From Octopus sinensis (Eukaryota), in contig NC_042998.1 of NCBI RefSeq assembly GCF_006345805.1, positions 73,842,001 to 73,906,000 of the forward strand: 64,000 nt of DNA, in the 5' to 3' direction. The translations under genes were made by a program, and so were the position numbers. Below the pieces are notes generated by a model. The model was not told where the DNA came from, made no database searches, and saw only the letters and a list, made by a program, of their open reading frames with translations. Numbering within the stretch: position 1 is the first letter of the stretch; the number at the start of each line of letters is the position of its first letter. Shown here in pieces: positions 42,783 through 56,060 of this stretch.

Positions 42783-43072
42783 CATGTACTAATATTACAG
42801 AAAATAGCAAAAGATCAGATTGTTACTTAGGTACTAGTTCCTTACGGCCGTTTCTGCCAGGAGGTAACGAAATCCTCCATGCCGTCTCCATCTCTTCAGT
42901 ATTCTGTAGTGATGGGCAGATAAAGTTTGGATGACGAATGTGCCTCTAGGCTTCCAGAGGTTCTAAGTGGTTGAGGGGGCTAATACATATAAGAAACAGT
43001 AAGAAATAGTAAGGAACTAGTACCTAGTGACAATCTGATCTTTTGCTATTCTCTGTAATATTAGTACATATG
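42783..43072. repeat. Fold-back with ~63-bp inverted arms
   Basis: atgtactaatattacagaaaatagcaaaagatcagattg..tactagttccttac mirrored at 43009-43072. Confidence 0.85.
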
Positions 43073-43398
43073 TATGTAAAACATGGTTATTACATGTGTA
43101 TGTATTCTTCTAATACATTCTAATACTGTGGAATAAATAAATATACTAGAATGTCTACCCGCTGATGTATGTTGTTTTTGTATCCTCTCCATTCTCTTAT
43201 TTGTCGTATAAATTAAGGGTAAACTACTTTTTGCCCCCATCCATATATAACACTCAGTTGTGAGATTGCCACGCAATACCTTGTACTTAGGTATGAGTAA
43301 TTGGGTACACTAGCAGCAGTATATTGGATAAGTACTATCCCTTAGTTGGTTGGTTTCCCAACCTCTAACTCACACAGAAATATATATATATATATATA

Positions 43399-44653
43399 CG
43401 AGGGGCGTTCAATAAGTAATGCCCCTGACCCACTTTCCATAGTAGTAGAGCAACGAAACTTGGCACAGTTATTAGTCTTTTTCTACATATGAACCACCCA
43501 GAGTTACGCATTTCTGCCATTGCTTGATGCAGCTCTGGAGACCGTTTTTGTAGAAGACCCCAGCTTGGTCCTCCAACCTGAACGTGACTTCAGAAATCAA
43601 GGCTGCATCATCTGGGAAACGCTTTCCTTTCAAAAACAACTTCATGACTGGGAAGAGGTGAAAATCAGAGGGTGCAAGGTCAGGAAAGTAGGGGGATGGG
43701 GGAGGAGTTCATAGCCATACGCCTGTGCTTCTGATCTGGCGACAAGCGAGTTGTGGACCGGAGCGTTGTCCTGCAGGAGGAGGATACCTTTGCTGATCTT
43801 GCCCCGCCTCTTGATTTTGATAACTTCTCTTAATTTCCTCAAAAGTGAAGCATAATAGGCTCCTGCAATTGTGGTACCCTTTGCCAGGAAATCTGTCATC
43901 ACTACTCCGTCCTGGTCCCAGAAGACTGTGAGCATGACCTTGCCAGCGGAGGGCTGCACCCTTGCCTTCTTTGGAGGGGGTGAGTCACGGTGCTTCCACT
44001 GCATTGACTGGGCTTTGGTCTCTGGATCATCGTGATGGACCCAGGTTTCATCCTGTGTAATCAGTCTTTTGAAAAATTTTGACTCATCTTCTTGGCACAT
44101 CTCCAAATTCACCCTCGAGCACTCGACGTGTTCTTGCTTCTGGAAAGGCGTGAGCAGCCTGGGAATCCATCTGGCAGACACCTTTTGCATATGCAAATGG
44201 TCATGAATGATAGTTTCCACAGATCCGGTACTAATCTTGGCCTCATGGGCTATTTGGCGAATAATTATGCGTCGATCTTCCAAAATGGCAGCCTCAACTT
44301 GACGGACAGATGCCTCATCAATGGCAGAAGGGGCGACCAGATCTGGGAGCTGTTTCCACAGAGTTCAGACCATGTTTGAATTCACGATGCCAGCGTTTTA
44401 CAAGGTCATATGATGGGGCATCATCACCATAAGTTACTTTCATTTCATCAAAAGTCTCCCGTGGTGTGCGTCCTTTCAAATACAAAAACCGGATCACTGC
44501 TCGACACTCAACAGGCTCCATTTCACACTTGACTCGATTCAAACACCAATTTGCCACTTACTCTATAGAGAAATCAATAATTGCACATGCAAAATTTCAG
44601 CTAGATCAAACAACTACAAGTGGGTCAGTGGCATTACTTATTGAACGTCCCTC

Positions 44654-44654
<1 letters not shown>
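43399..44654 (-). mobile_element. Full-length mariner (DD34D) transposon, 1256 bp, 37-bp TIRs, TA target
   Basis: TIR cgaggggcgttcaataagtaatgcccctgacccactt with 2 mismatches to the right TIR; TA on both flanks. Confidence 0.96.
43490..44521 (-). pseudogene. mariner transposase with two frameshifts
   Basis: MEPVECRAVIRFLYLKG HTH, WIPRLL, TQDETW, LQDNAPVH, and (fs) SPDLAPSDFHLFP. Confidence 0.92.
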
Positions 44655-44732
<78 letters not shown>

Positions 44733-44759
44733 ATTAAACCTCGCCAAGTTAAATATTTA

Positions 44760-44827
44760 AACGCCTGATGAATGACTGTAACTCGAAAATTTAAAGAAAT
44801 TAACAGCCATGAAACGATCGTAGTGTT
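44760..44827 (+). ncRNA. Type-I hammerhead ribozyme in a ~220-bp unit between TA tracts
   Basis: AACGC-CTGATGA-ATGACTGT...ACAGCCAT-GAAAC-gatc-GTA-GTGTT. Confidence 0.85.
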
Positions 44828-44953
44828 ATATTAATTATATTTTTTAATAATTTTGTTATATATTTAAATAATATAAATTAAATAATCTTATGTATTGGCT
44901 TAAGTTTTTCATTGTATGATTTGCCTAATAGTGGTTTTATCTCTAATTTATAT

Positions 44954-45015
<62 letters not shown>

Positions 45016-46264
45016 ATATAATATATATGTATGTATGTATATATATATATGGGGGGGAGAGAGAGAGAGAGAAAAGTGAAGTTAGCAAGGAGTACGATTG
45101 GACATTTATTTTTTTATCACTATAATTGTTTCCACGCGCCGTAGTTCTCCAGTTCTTCATTATGCAACCGTTTCCCTGCATATGTAAATATTGTCCCCAT
45201 AAGTTCAAATTCTCGGCTTGAAGAACATCCTCTCTGAACTCTTAAATTGAAATATGTTTATCACTTGCTATGTGAGTTAGTCTCTAATCTACTCTCATAC
45301 ATTCATGACCCTATATTTTCTTTCCACACTCCTTTATACTTCACAAAATCCTTCCACTAATGATCTACATTACTCTCTATTCGACGATGGAGCTAAAATC
45401 CTTTACTAAAGATTTACCACATTTTTTTTCTTTCTGTAGATGGAATAGTTCGCTACTACATAGATGGCTTATCGTTGTTTGCTGAGAACCAGTATTCGCA
45501 TCTCTTCAGGAAACAGTTGTAAGAGATTTCTGCACACCTACTTACTCCCTTATTCCTTACAATATACTTTATTCTAACAACTTTATTGTAACAACTCAAC
45601 AATTATGTTTAAATATATAAACTCCATTTTTAAACTGATACCGGTTGTTTGGCAGTTCATTCTTCTTTTCAACAGTGCATGTGCCTACTCAATGATAAAC
45701 CACTTATATCCACTCATTGTGAGACAGCTACAACACCGATTATTGCTGCTGTTGTTTTATTTTGCTTTCTTCCAAGTTCAAAACGGAGTTCAAGATAATA
45801 AATCAGCCTGGGCACGTATTGTATATACCTAATACCATTAGACGCAATTTTACCTGAACTCTATGTATACTGTACTGTCAGTTTCATCGTTTGAATTTTC
45901 AGGGTGAAGTATTTTGCAAGCTTTTTTTTTTACATTTGTAAAGAACAGTAATATGCCTGAAGAAAAATGTAATTAATGATTGCGTTAGAAGGGTTTACTA
46001 ATTGGCTGGAATTAAGGGTTTGCAATATCACAGAGTTGTTGAGTTGTTAATAAGACCGCTGTGGCAGGTATGTGTATATGTCTGAATAGGTTGGCGGTTG
46101 CTTTGGTTTGTAGTAGAGTTATATTACTATCAGTCAAGAACATTTGGCAAATAATTATTTGAATTAACAAGAGTAGACGATCGGGGTTTGAAATCTGCGC
46201 AATGGAATATACTTGAATGTTGTAATAGAGCAGAAGTTTGTAAGTAGGGATGTTCTTACATATA

Positions 46265-46510
46265 GTGGGGCGCGTGACTTAGTGATTAGGGATGTTGGAC
46301 TTATGATTGTAAGATTGTGGTTTCGATTCTTGGACCGGACAATGTGTGGTGTTCTTGAGCAAAACACTTCATTTCACGTTGCTCCAGTCCACTCAGCTGG
46401 TAAAAAGGGGTAATCCTGCGACGGTCCAGCGTCTCGTCCACGTAGCGAATATATACGCCATGAAATCGGGAAACCGGTTCTTAGTTGGTATGACGCGAGA
46501 AGATAACTTT
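46265..46510 (+). mobile_element. SINE family C-related
   Basis: ggggcgcgtgacttagtgattagg head; ttcacgttgctccagtccactcagctgg body shared with 25330-25633. Confidence 0.7.
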
Positions 46511-47289
46511 ACTATTTTTTTACTTACTCTAACATCATAGTCAAGGTAGGGATAAATATATGACTGAATATGTGAATAAAATTAGAGATGAACAGAAAAT
46601 AACAGAACAAAATAAGACAGTAAAATGTCATATTCATGAATATTTTAATAGGTGATGATCAAAGCGTGTGTGTGTGCATCTATGATTATGAGGTTCTGTT
46701 CAGTGAGTATGGAAGTGTTGCAGAGTGATGATTTGAGGCGAGGTATTTATTTTTCTTTTGCATATCTCTAGACACGCACACACGCATACACACACACAAA
46801 CATACAGACACACACACACACATATATATATTGTTTACAAATAAACATATGCATGTGAATCCATGCATGTATGTTTACACACATATGTGTGTGTGTTAAC
46901 TTACAAATTTGTACGTACGTGTGCAAGTCCAATATATGCGTGTGTGTGTGTGTGTGTGTGTGAGGGGGGGGGTGTACTTCCTTACACATATACACACATG
47001 CACGCACGCACGGCACGCTCACACACAAACATTATTTTGTCGAAATTCCCCGCAGTGTCGAAGTAATAAGTTCCTGAAAATCTTGCACTAACGCAAAACT
47101 TCGTAACGCGAAATTAATTTTACCATTGTTTTTCATACTATAAAGTGAGAAGGCGTGCACAGAAGGACGTCTTTCGAAAACAACAAACAAACTACTCGAT
47201 CGCTTTAGTCATGGAAACTACAATTTCTAAACATATATAGTTGACCGTGCGTGTGCGTGTGTGAGTATATGCGTGTGTGAGTATATGTA

Positions 47290-47457
47290 TTTCACTACTG
47301 CCCACAAGGGGCTAAACACAGAGGGGACAAACGGATTATGTCGATTACATCGACCTCAGGGCGTAACTGGTACTTAATTTATCGACCCCGAAAGGATGAA
47401 AGGCAAAGTCGACCTCGGCGGAATTTGAACTCAGAACGTAACGGCAGACGAAATACG
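47290..47457 (-). mobile_element. Body and tail of the host SINE A, interrupted by the Tx1 LINE (head at 52802-52860)
   Basis: The two halves join into a complete SINE once the LINE and one TSD copy are removed. Confidence 0.92.
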
Positions 47458-47702
47458 AATTTCTTTATTGCCCACCGGGGGCCAAACATAGATATGGACA
47501 GTACAACTGATGGGATCAGTGAATCGATATGATTTTACATAAATGTGACATCAAAAATAAAATACAATACATAAAAATCGAATGGAATACACAGTACAAA
47601 AACAATACAAATGAAGCGATGATCAAGTTACGCTCCGATCCCACAAGCCCCGATCTACCGCTGATACCTTTTTATTTTTCCTTTTTTTTTTTTTTTCCTC
47701 GT

Positions 47703-50700
47703 CTATTCACACGGTTCCTTGCACGCACACACTCGTGCAACATACTTCCATCTCTTTTGGAACGTACACTCTGACAGACACCTCTTCTCCAGCCACAGTT
47801 TCCTTTTCAAATGAAAAGAAAAAAAGGATCGTAAATTGTCACCAGAGATAAAGTTGCCTGTCTTAATTCCTTTTATCCTAGAATTCCATACAGCCTCTTT
47901 TGCTATTGCTACAACCGTGAGAAAACAATTCTTACCTTCGTTCGTTAGAACTCCCGGTGGGTCAATTTTATAATTGACTCAGTCGACAGCCGTACTCTTC
48001 CTTCGCCGGACAACAGATGTTCAGCATAAGCCCACATTTCAGTTATCTCCGGACACTGAACAATAGCGTGAGGGACGGTTTCCCTGTCCCCACCGCATCT
48101 TGGACAGGTCGGCGACTGACGTTTACCATGTCTTGCGAGCTTATCCCAAACGGGCAAGGCACCTCTGTAGCATTGCCAGGTTAAGGACTTTTGGAAGTTG
48201 TCCAACGTTCTCAACCCGAATGTACGATGAAACAAGCTGTCCAGTTGAAAAATCCGAGACCTAGAGTCGACCCCAGGCCATCGTCGCATTCAGACTCTAC
48301 CAACCCACTATATAAAATCCGTGTGGAACCCCCACCGCTGGCGTTGCCCGAGCGCCGGAACAGCAAGAGGGCCTTACGGCACTCTTTATGCCACTCACTC
48401 GACCTCGGTCTACGAGAACACCAGGCTTCCTGTTCGCAAAAACTCTTGAACTCAGGGAACATTTGTCTGGCCAGCGGAGACCACACCCGTTCACTATCCA
48501 GGAGAATCCAGAGGTGCCTCAACCTCAACGCATGTCTGCGCATCATTAACCAAGGCATCCCTAAACCTCCATTTAAAGGCTTTTGACAGCAGACAGAGCG
48601 TTTCACAAGTGGCGACCTGCCCTCCACAAAAAGCGAAAGAGCTGTCTCTCCAACCTGATCACCACGAATCCGGACAGGGCACGACAGTCAGGCGGTAGGT
48701 AATGACCGATGCGATAAACACATTGGCCACTTCCGCCCTCCCTTTCAGGGATAGCCACCGCCAAGACCAAGTCTTGACTACTGCAGCCACCCTGCTCAAT
48801 ACCTCCGTCCAGTTCTTCTCTATCTGGAGGCCTGGTCCAAACCAGACTCCCAGCAACTTAACCGGTCCCTCCGTCCAGCGCCTAACAACACTGTCTGAAG
48901 GCATCGACTTGCCAACTCAGGTGCCGAGCTGCAAGCCGACCGACTTTTCCCGGTTAATCTTTGCTCCTGCTACCTCCTCGTAAGCCTCAATAGTCTTACC
49001 TACTTCACGTAGGCGTACCACTGTGGTTACACTGATAGTGATATCATCCGCGAAAGCCGTAACAAACTCCTCTAGTCCTGGTTCTCTCGGGATGCCACTC
49101 AACCTTTGCAGTAATGGCTCGAGAGCCATCACATACAAAAGTGGTGAAAGCGGACATCCTTGACGAACCGAGCGTCTGATGCAGAACGGCTTCGAAAGGA
49201 AACCGTTCACCCGAACTATCGAGTCAATGTTGTGGTACAAAGCGATAAACCACCTGAGGAAGCCAAGGCCCAGGCCAAACCGCAAGTACAGTCGCTAGGT
49301 ATCGATGGTCAACCCTATCAAAAGCTTTAGACTGGTCCAAATGCACCAATGCCCCACCTTTGCCAGATTTATTACCAAACCTCTCTATGGTATAGCGAAT
49401 AAGATGGAGGGTATCCTGAATGGTTCTGCCTGGGATGGCACATGTCTGTGCCTCCCCGACTATACCATTCGCGACACGCGCCAACCTTTTTGCTAGAACC
49501 TTGGCCAAAATCTTCACTTCTGCGTTTAACAGAGTGATGGCCTGAATTCTCTAGAACGTCCCCCTTGTCCGGGTCCTTTCTGACCAACGTCACTACTCCC
49601 CGGCGCACAGATCTGGGGATAAACCCATTCTGTTTCCAGTTCGCGTACACGTCAGTCAGTAGTTGCCCGAACAAGTCTGGCATACATTTATACAGCTCGT
49701 ACGGAAGACCATCAAGTCCCGGTGACTTACCCGCTTTACAATCGGCCAAAGCCTCCATCACCTCCTCAAGTGTGATTGGCCCTTCGCAAGACTCCGCATC
49801 CGACCCCGAGAGGCACGGCAGCCCGTAAGAAAGTCCTCGAGGGCTCTCCCACCACCAGGACCCCGCCGTCACCCCCGAACAGCTGGGCGAAGTACTCCCG
49901 AAAGACCTCACACATTTTCTCGGGTTCGTTTATCAAGACACCATTTTGATTCGTCAAAGACCGAATAGAGGAACTATTTCCTTGCCGAGCTTCCACCACT
50001 CGGGCCCATCCAGCGGCTTTGATTCCTTCACTTCCCATTGCACGTAACTTAGCTCTGGTAATACTTCCCATGTGGTGGCTTCAAGATGCTGGTTTAACTC
50101 CAGTCTTTTCACCCTCGCTTGGTCTGTATTACCAGTCCTCCAGGCTTCTTCTAGTTCCTTAACTAGACCATCTCCTATTTTACGTCCCTTCTTAGCTAAA
50201 CTTATGCTAAACCTAATAGACTCATATTTGATGGCTCTTTTTAGGGCGTACCACCATTTGTTATATGATGGTACCTGTTAATGCCCTCTGTATTAACATC
50301 TTGATCCGCTTTCTGTACTCCTCAATCGCCAAAAGGACGTATTGAGTTTCCAGTAGCCAGATCCTGTCTATGCAACTTATCTACCGTCAGTTTACAGGTA
50401 ACCATCTTGTGGTCACTGTAGCTGACTAGAAAAAACTGTGGACACTCAACTATGGACTTATCTTTTTCTCTAATTAAAATCCTATCTAGATATGTTCTGG
50501 TAGACCCGTCACTATTTGACCACGTCCACTGTGGAGTGTTCGGGTGCTCCAACCTATATGGATCTGCTAGCTGAAATTGACTTAGCAGATCCCGAAAGCC
50601 TGTGTTACATTTTCTGTTCATGTTCGAGTTTGAGCCACACAATCTGTGTGTGCTGCACATATTGTATTAGAGTCTCCTAACACTACTAGTGAATGCGACG

Positions 50701-51098
50701 TGGCTAGGAACTTTCCTAGGCCACGAAAATATTCAGTTTGCGGGCCAATAATGTTTGGTGCATAAATAGCGACCAGCCTGATTGTCTTGCCACAACTGAA
50801 TGTCAAGTCGAGAACGACCAGCCTGCCTTCTGGGTCAGAAAAAACCAACTTTTTCTCGGCTACCCGGTTTCTTTTTAGTAGGACCAACACCCCACACCCC
50901 ACCTCCCGCCCGACTCGGAGAAACGTATTTCTCGTAGCCGTTCAGGAGGGGGAGCAGATCTCTTGGCCCCTTCACCCGGGTTTCCGTTGCAACAATTACA
51001 TCCAAATTTCTCGACCTGATGTCATTCAGAAAGCGTCCTTGCTTCCAGCTTGACAACAGGCCATGAACATTTAAACAACCAATGTGAATAGCCATCAC
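47703..51098 (-). pseudogene. ORF2: APE endonuclease, reverse transcriptase and zinc finger (several frameshifts)
   Basis: GCLNVHGL, ATET, AIYAPN, LGDSN, YLDRIL, SDH; KSPGLDGLP, DQSKAFDRVDH, RQGCPLSP, FADD; CPRC..ETVPHAIVQC. Confidence 0.94.
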
Positions 51099-51106
51099 TT
51101 ACCTGT

Positions 51107-52284
51107 TTAATTAGGATTGTCCGGTGGAGGGGGACCCTCCACCTTTTTTTTATCCAGGGTCGGAGGTGGACGGTCTTGGGAAATAGATTTGTCAAAATCC
51201 CGTCTCACCACCGACACAGAATTATCAGGTGGAGGGGGAATCTCCACCTTTTCCTTTTCTCGCGGGATCGGAGCTGGTAATCCATGAAATATCGACTTGT
51301 TAAAATCTAATCTCAATGAAGATACAGTCTTTCTGTACTTATTTTGTAGAATTCTATAAGTCTTATTTGAGACTTCATATATATGTCGTAATTGATAAAT
51401 TCCTCTGAAAGGTTATCAATTTTTTTTACAGTCTTTATGAGTTGAATGTCTCTCATGAGCTCAGTATCTTTAGTGTATACGGCTATTATGCCTTTTTCTT
51501 CTTTTTCTCTTCTGGCAGTCTTTTTTGGTCGTTGTTCTGTAGTAGTCGCCGCTCTCGGCTGGGTTGCTGGTTGTATTTTTCTTTTGTTTGTTGTTTTTTT
51601 CTCATCTGTTTCTTCTTTATCTTCTTCCTCTTTGTCTTTTTTCTCCTCTTCCTCCTCTTCTTCATTTTCCTTGCAGTTCCTTCGAATGTGGCCTAATTGA
51701 CCACATAAAAAACATCGAGGTTTTCGGCCCTCAACAAACACCACGAGGTTCTCCTCCCCTACCTCAATTGTCTCAGGAATTGTTTGAATTATTTTAGGGT
51801 CCGCTTGAATGAGAAGATTAATTGTTTTACCATCCCAGCGTGGGTTTTCCGTAGCGGTAGCCTGGAGGAGAGTAATTTTTTCTACCTCTTTGATTAGGAC
51901 TGCCGCCAACAACCACATACGTTCGACCTCTGGCGGGACCCTTGTAATTTTTATTCGCGACGTCCTCATCCCCATATAATAGGGTATTAACTCCACGTCG
52001 TTCGTTTTCAACGTTTCCACTGAGTTCTTGTGTGCTATTTCTTTATGGTGAACCTTACTTCCACCGTTCCGAATTTTTTTCCTCTTCTCAGAAATACTAC
52101 GTCGCCCAATATTGGCTTTAAGCACTTTTCTATTTCTCTCTGACATTCTTTCAATTTTTCTATTTTGTAGACAATCATATGTTTTGAAAATTATTGTTTT
52201 TTGCTTTTCTTCCTGTAATAACTTTTGCGGAGGTTCAATTTTCACACTGTTGTCATTTATTTCCATCATTTTGCTGTATTTCAT
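51107..52284 (-). pseudogene. ORF1: gag-like nucleic-acid-binding protein with a CCHC knuckle
   Basis: VEGRKPRCFLCGQLGHIRRNC followed by an acidic tract; continues by frameshift into 51107..51316; ends 8 nt before ORF2. Confidence 0.88.
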
Positions 52285-52952
52285 AATTTCGCTTTTATTC
52301 GTCGACAGTATCTGGTTCCACCCCCAGCAGCCAACGCAAAACTTTTTTTTCCATTTTTTGGTTCTATCTGGATGCTAGGCACATCAATTATTCTCTTCGA
52401 CACAATGCCTTTGTCTCTGGCAAAGTCGGAAACTCTTCTGGTGAAAGTTCTGACGAGCTCTCAGACACATCTCCAAAAATATCAAATATATTATCCTCTC
52501 TGCTATTCCTTCTTGTAGCGGGGGAAACCCCTATTTCCTTGTCTGTAGTTGGCTCCTCGCCGCCATGTATTTCCTCCTCTCAACAGGAGAAACAAGTATT
52601 TCTGCTCCAACGGTAGGCTCCATGCTAGACGACATTCTTCCCCCCAAAGGGGGAATGAACAACGCGTGCTACCACAAGCACTAAGTGTTTTCAATTGAAA
52701 ACTCCAACAGTTAAGTTATTCAACAGTTTAACAAGAAACAACAGTTGTTAACAGTATTAACACCACGAAACAGCAATTCTTACTTCACGAACACATGTGC
52801 AGCAGACGAAATACGGCTACGCATTTCGCCCGGCGTGCTAACGAGTCTGCCAGCTCGCCGCGTGTGTGAGTATATGCGTGTGTGAGTATATGCGTGTGTG
52901 AGTATATGCGTGTGTGAGTATATGCGTGTGTGAGTGTGTATGTGTGCGTATA

Positions 52953-53160
52953 CTCTTACTTTTTTACTCTTTTACTTGTTTCAGTCATTTGACTGCGGCC
53001 ATGCTGCAGCACCGCCTTTAGTCGAAGAAATCGATCCCCCAGGACTTATTCTTTGTTAGCCTAGTACTTATTATATCGGTCTCTTTTGCCGAACCGCTAA
53101 GTTACGGGGACGTAAACACACCAGCATCGGTGAGTGTATGTATGAGAGAGAGAGAGAGAG

Positions 53161-53201
<41 letters not shown>

Positions 53202-53412
53202 GTGTGTGCGTGTGTGTGTGTGTGTCTGTATGTGTGTGTATACTCTTACTCTTTTACTTGTTTCAGTCATTTGACTGCGGCCATGCTGCAGCACCGCCTT
53301 TAGTCGAAGAAATCGACCCCCCAGGACTTATTCTTTGTTAGCCTAGTACTTATTATATCGATCTCTTTTGCCGAACCGCTAAGTTACGGGGACGTAAACA
53401 CACCAGCATCGG
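52953..53412 (-). repeat. Tandem duplication of a SINE B 3' half plus microsatellite
   Basis: 52965-53131 is nearly identical to 53246-53412. Confidence 0.88.
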
Positions 53413-53910
53413 TGTGTGTATGTGTGTGAGAGAGAGAGAGAGAGTGTGTGTGGGGGTGTGTATTTCTGTTTATGTCCACGTAACTTAGCTATTCGGCAAA
53501 AATGACTGATAGGATAGGCATCAGGTTTTAAAAGAAAAGCCAATACATTCGACTAAAACCCTTCAAGGTGGTCCCTAGCATGGCTAGGTGGTCCCTAGCA
53601 TGGCTATGTGGTCCCTAGCAATGACTGAAAGAAATAAAGAATAAAAGATAAATATATCTTCCCATCGATCAATTTATCTATTCATATATCTATATAAAAC
53701 GCATTAGCTAAGTCTATACAAACCAAATGTGCAGAAAAAGGAATCAATGTATAGAGAGATATTGCAGCAGGAGGACTGAACTAAGTTTTACTCTACATAC
53801 AATGGTGTTTCTCCGAGACACACGAACATATAATAAGAACGCGCTGCTCACTTCATTTCCAGAGCATTAAAGAAGTATTACTAAACTGGAGCTTGTCGCG
53901 TGGATATTTG

Positions 53911-53960
<50 letters not shown>

Positions 53961-54050
53961 CGTACACAACCTGATTCTATTTTTGGATCAAAAGTCAAAA
54001 ACTGGTTCAATACACTATAAGAAACACACACACACACACTTACATACAGT

Positions 54051-54108
<58 letters not shown>

Positions 54109-54247
54109 ACACCACACACACACATATATATCATACACAACACACCATGAATCAGAAATGAAATATAATTGATTAAAATATGCATCTTGACTCCCTTAGT
54201 TCACCACAACAACGCTTTGTTAGTTATATAAGAGCGCCTGCACTTTG

Positions 54248-54373
54248 CGGAGGTTGACTTTGCCTTTCATCCTTTCGGGGTCAATAAATTAAGTACCAGT
54301 TGCGTACTGGAGTCGCTCTAATCGACTGGTTCTCTCCCCCAAAATTTCGGGCCTTGACCCTAAAGTAGAAAAG
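54248..54373 (+). mobile_element. 5'-truncated SINE A (alternative tail)
   Basis: Body and tail homologous to 59213-59428; tatataagag repeated on both sides. Confidence 0.82.
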
Positions 54374-54379
54374 TATATA

Positions 54380-54714
54380 AGAGTACGCAACTGGTACATA
54401 ATTTTTCGACTTCGAAAGGATGAAAGTCAAAGTCGACCTCGGCGGAATTTGAACTCAGAACGTAACAGCAGACGAAATACCTATTTCTTTACTACCCACA
54501 AGGGGCTAAACACAGAGGGGACAAACAAGGACAGACAAACGGATTAGGTCGATTAGATCGATCCCAGTGCGTAACTGGTACTTAATTTATCGACCCCGAA
54601 AGGATGAAAGGCAAAGTCGACTTCGGCGGAATTTGAACTCATAATGTAGCGGCAGACGAAATATCGCTAAGCATTTCACCCGGCGCGCTGACGCTTCTGC
54701 CAGCTCGCCACCTT
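54380..54714 (-). mobile_element. SINE family A dimer (Tx1-tailed unit joined to an alternative-subtype body)
   Basis: Junction gcagacgaaatac|ctatttctttac at 54468-54492. Confidence 0.9.
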
Positions 54715-55049
54715 ATGAATATATGTATAACGTTAAGCGAATAGACTAAAAATAAATTAACATATTAACATTAATATAAAATGCATTATGTCTTTCCTGA
54801 AATAAACATGTAGTAAAGAAAATAGCGTTCGTATTTTCACATCAACAAGATACAAAAATATATTTTATAGAAGTATAACTTATATACACTCGTGACTGAC
54901 TTTAAAAAAAATACATAGTGGATATTATAAATTCAAAATATCAATATCAATTCAAGAAAAAGTTTTTCGGGGATCGATTTCATGCTTATGTTTTGCTTCA
55001 CATTAGCGATATCGCTTTGGTGTCCTTGTAGTGGTGTGTGTGTGTGTGT

Positions 55050-55105
<56 letters not shown>

Positions 55106-55317
55106 TGTGTGTCACATGTGTTTGTCTAGGATCAACATTTATGTATTTTATTTTGAAATGCATGCTCTGATACATTGCATGTTTGTATATAAAATACATA
55201 AACACACACCCATATATATGAGTGTTTGTGTGTGTGTACATATGTATGTGTTTGTTTTTATGAGTGTTTGCATGTGTGTGCGCGCGCGTGGGTGTGTGTG
55301 TGAGTACATGAGTATAT

Positions 55318-56060
55318 GAGATGAGTCCTAAAACAAGCCGAACTGTTACACCTACTCACCAGCCAGCTGGTGCAGTATGCTTACAACTATAATGGTGACC
55401 TTGACCTTCATCTGATATAGCAATATCATGCTACCTTAGTCATTGAGTGAACATGTGTCTAGTGCACTTGTCACAAATTGAACAATGAAGGACTTGGAAG
55501 AGCAATCTGTTTGTGTAAATTCATGTTTATTTTTGCAGGTACTTTAATAAAGCGACAGGCCTATAGGAAATATTTTACTCGGCCGTAAGCAAAGTGGTGC
55601 TAGCGTTTCAGATCGGAAAGCACATCCATCGAAGACGACCCCAAATGCGGATAACCTTTTATGGTAAAAGACGACAATCATATTACGAATGTGTGTGTGG
55701 TGATCTATGAAAATCGTCGCTTACCTGTCTATAAAGTTTCTGAAGTAGTGAGCGCATGTAGGTGCTTGTGTCAGATTATTTTAAAAGAAAAACAGACGAC
55801 CACAAAATGTGTGCCAAGTCTGACGATGTATGTACTAAAAGAGAATCAAATCGCTGTCAGTCAGAAATTGTTTGAGTGTTGGAATTTTGATAAAAACAAG
55901 AGTTTCTGAAAATTGTGATAACAGGTGAGGAAACGTGGCGTTACATCTCTGATGTCGAAACGAAGACTGAGTTATCGTAGTGAATTCAAGCACGTAATCG
56001 CGATTAATAAAAAGCACGTCTGAAGGCTCGAATGTTAAGACCATGTTGATTGTAATGTTA
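55318..56060 (+). mobile_element. Highly decayed mariner
   Basis: Fragments MKDLEEQSVCVN, SIEDDP, IYENRRL, KCVP, VITGEETW, SNVKTML. Confidence 0.65.

Larger units (their letters stand above)
47458..52801 (-). mobile_element. Full-length Tx1-clade LINE (5344 bp) with a 14-bp TSD
   Basis: TSD gcagacgaaatacg at 47444-47457 and 52802-52815; 5' UTR, ORF1, ORF2; 3' end GGGCAATAAAGAAATT without poly(A). Confidence 0.95.
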
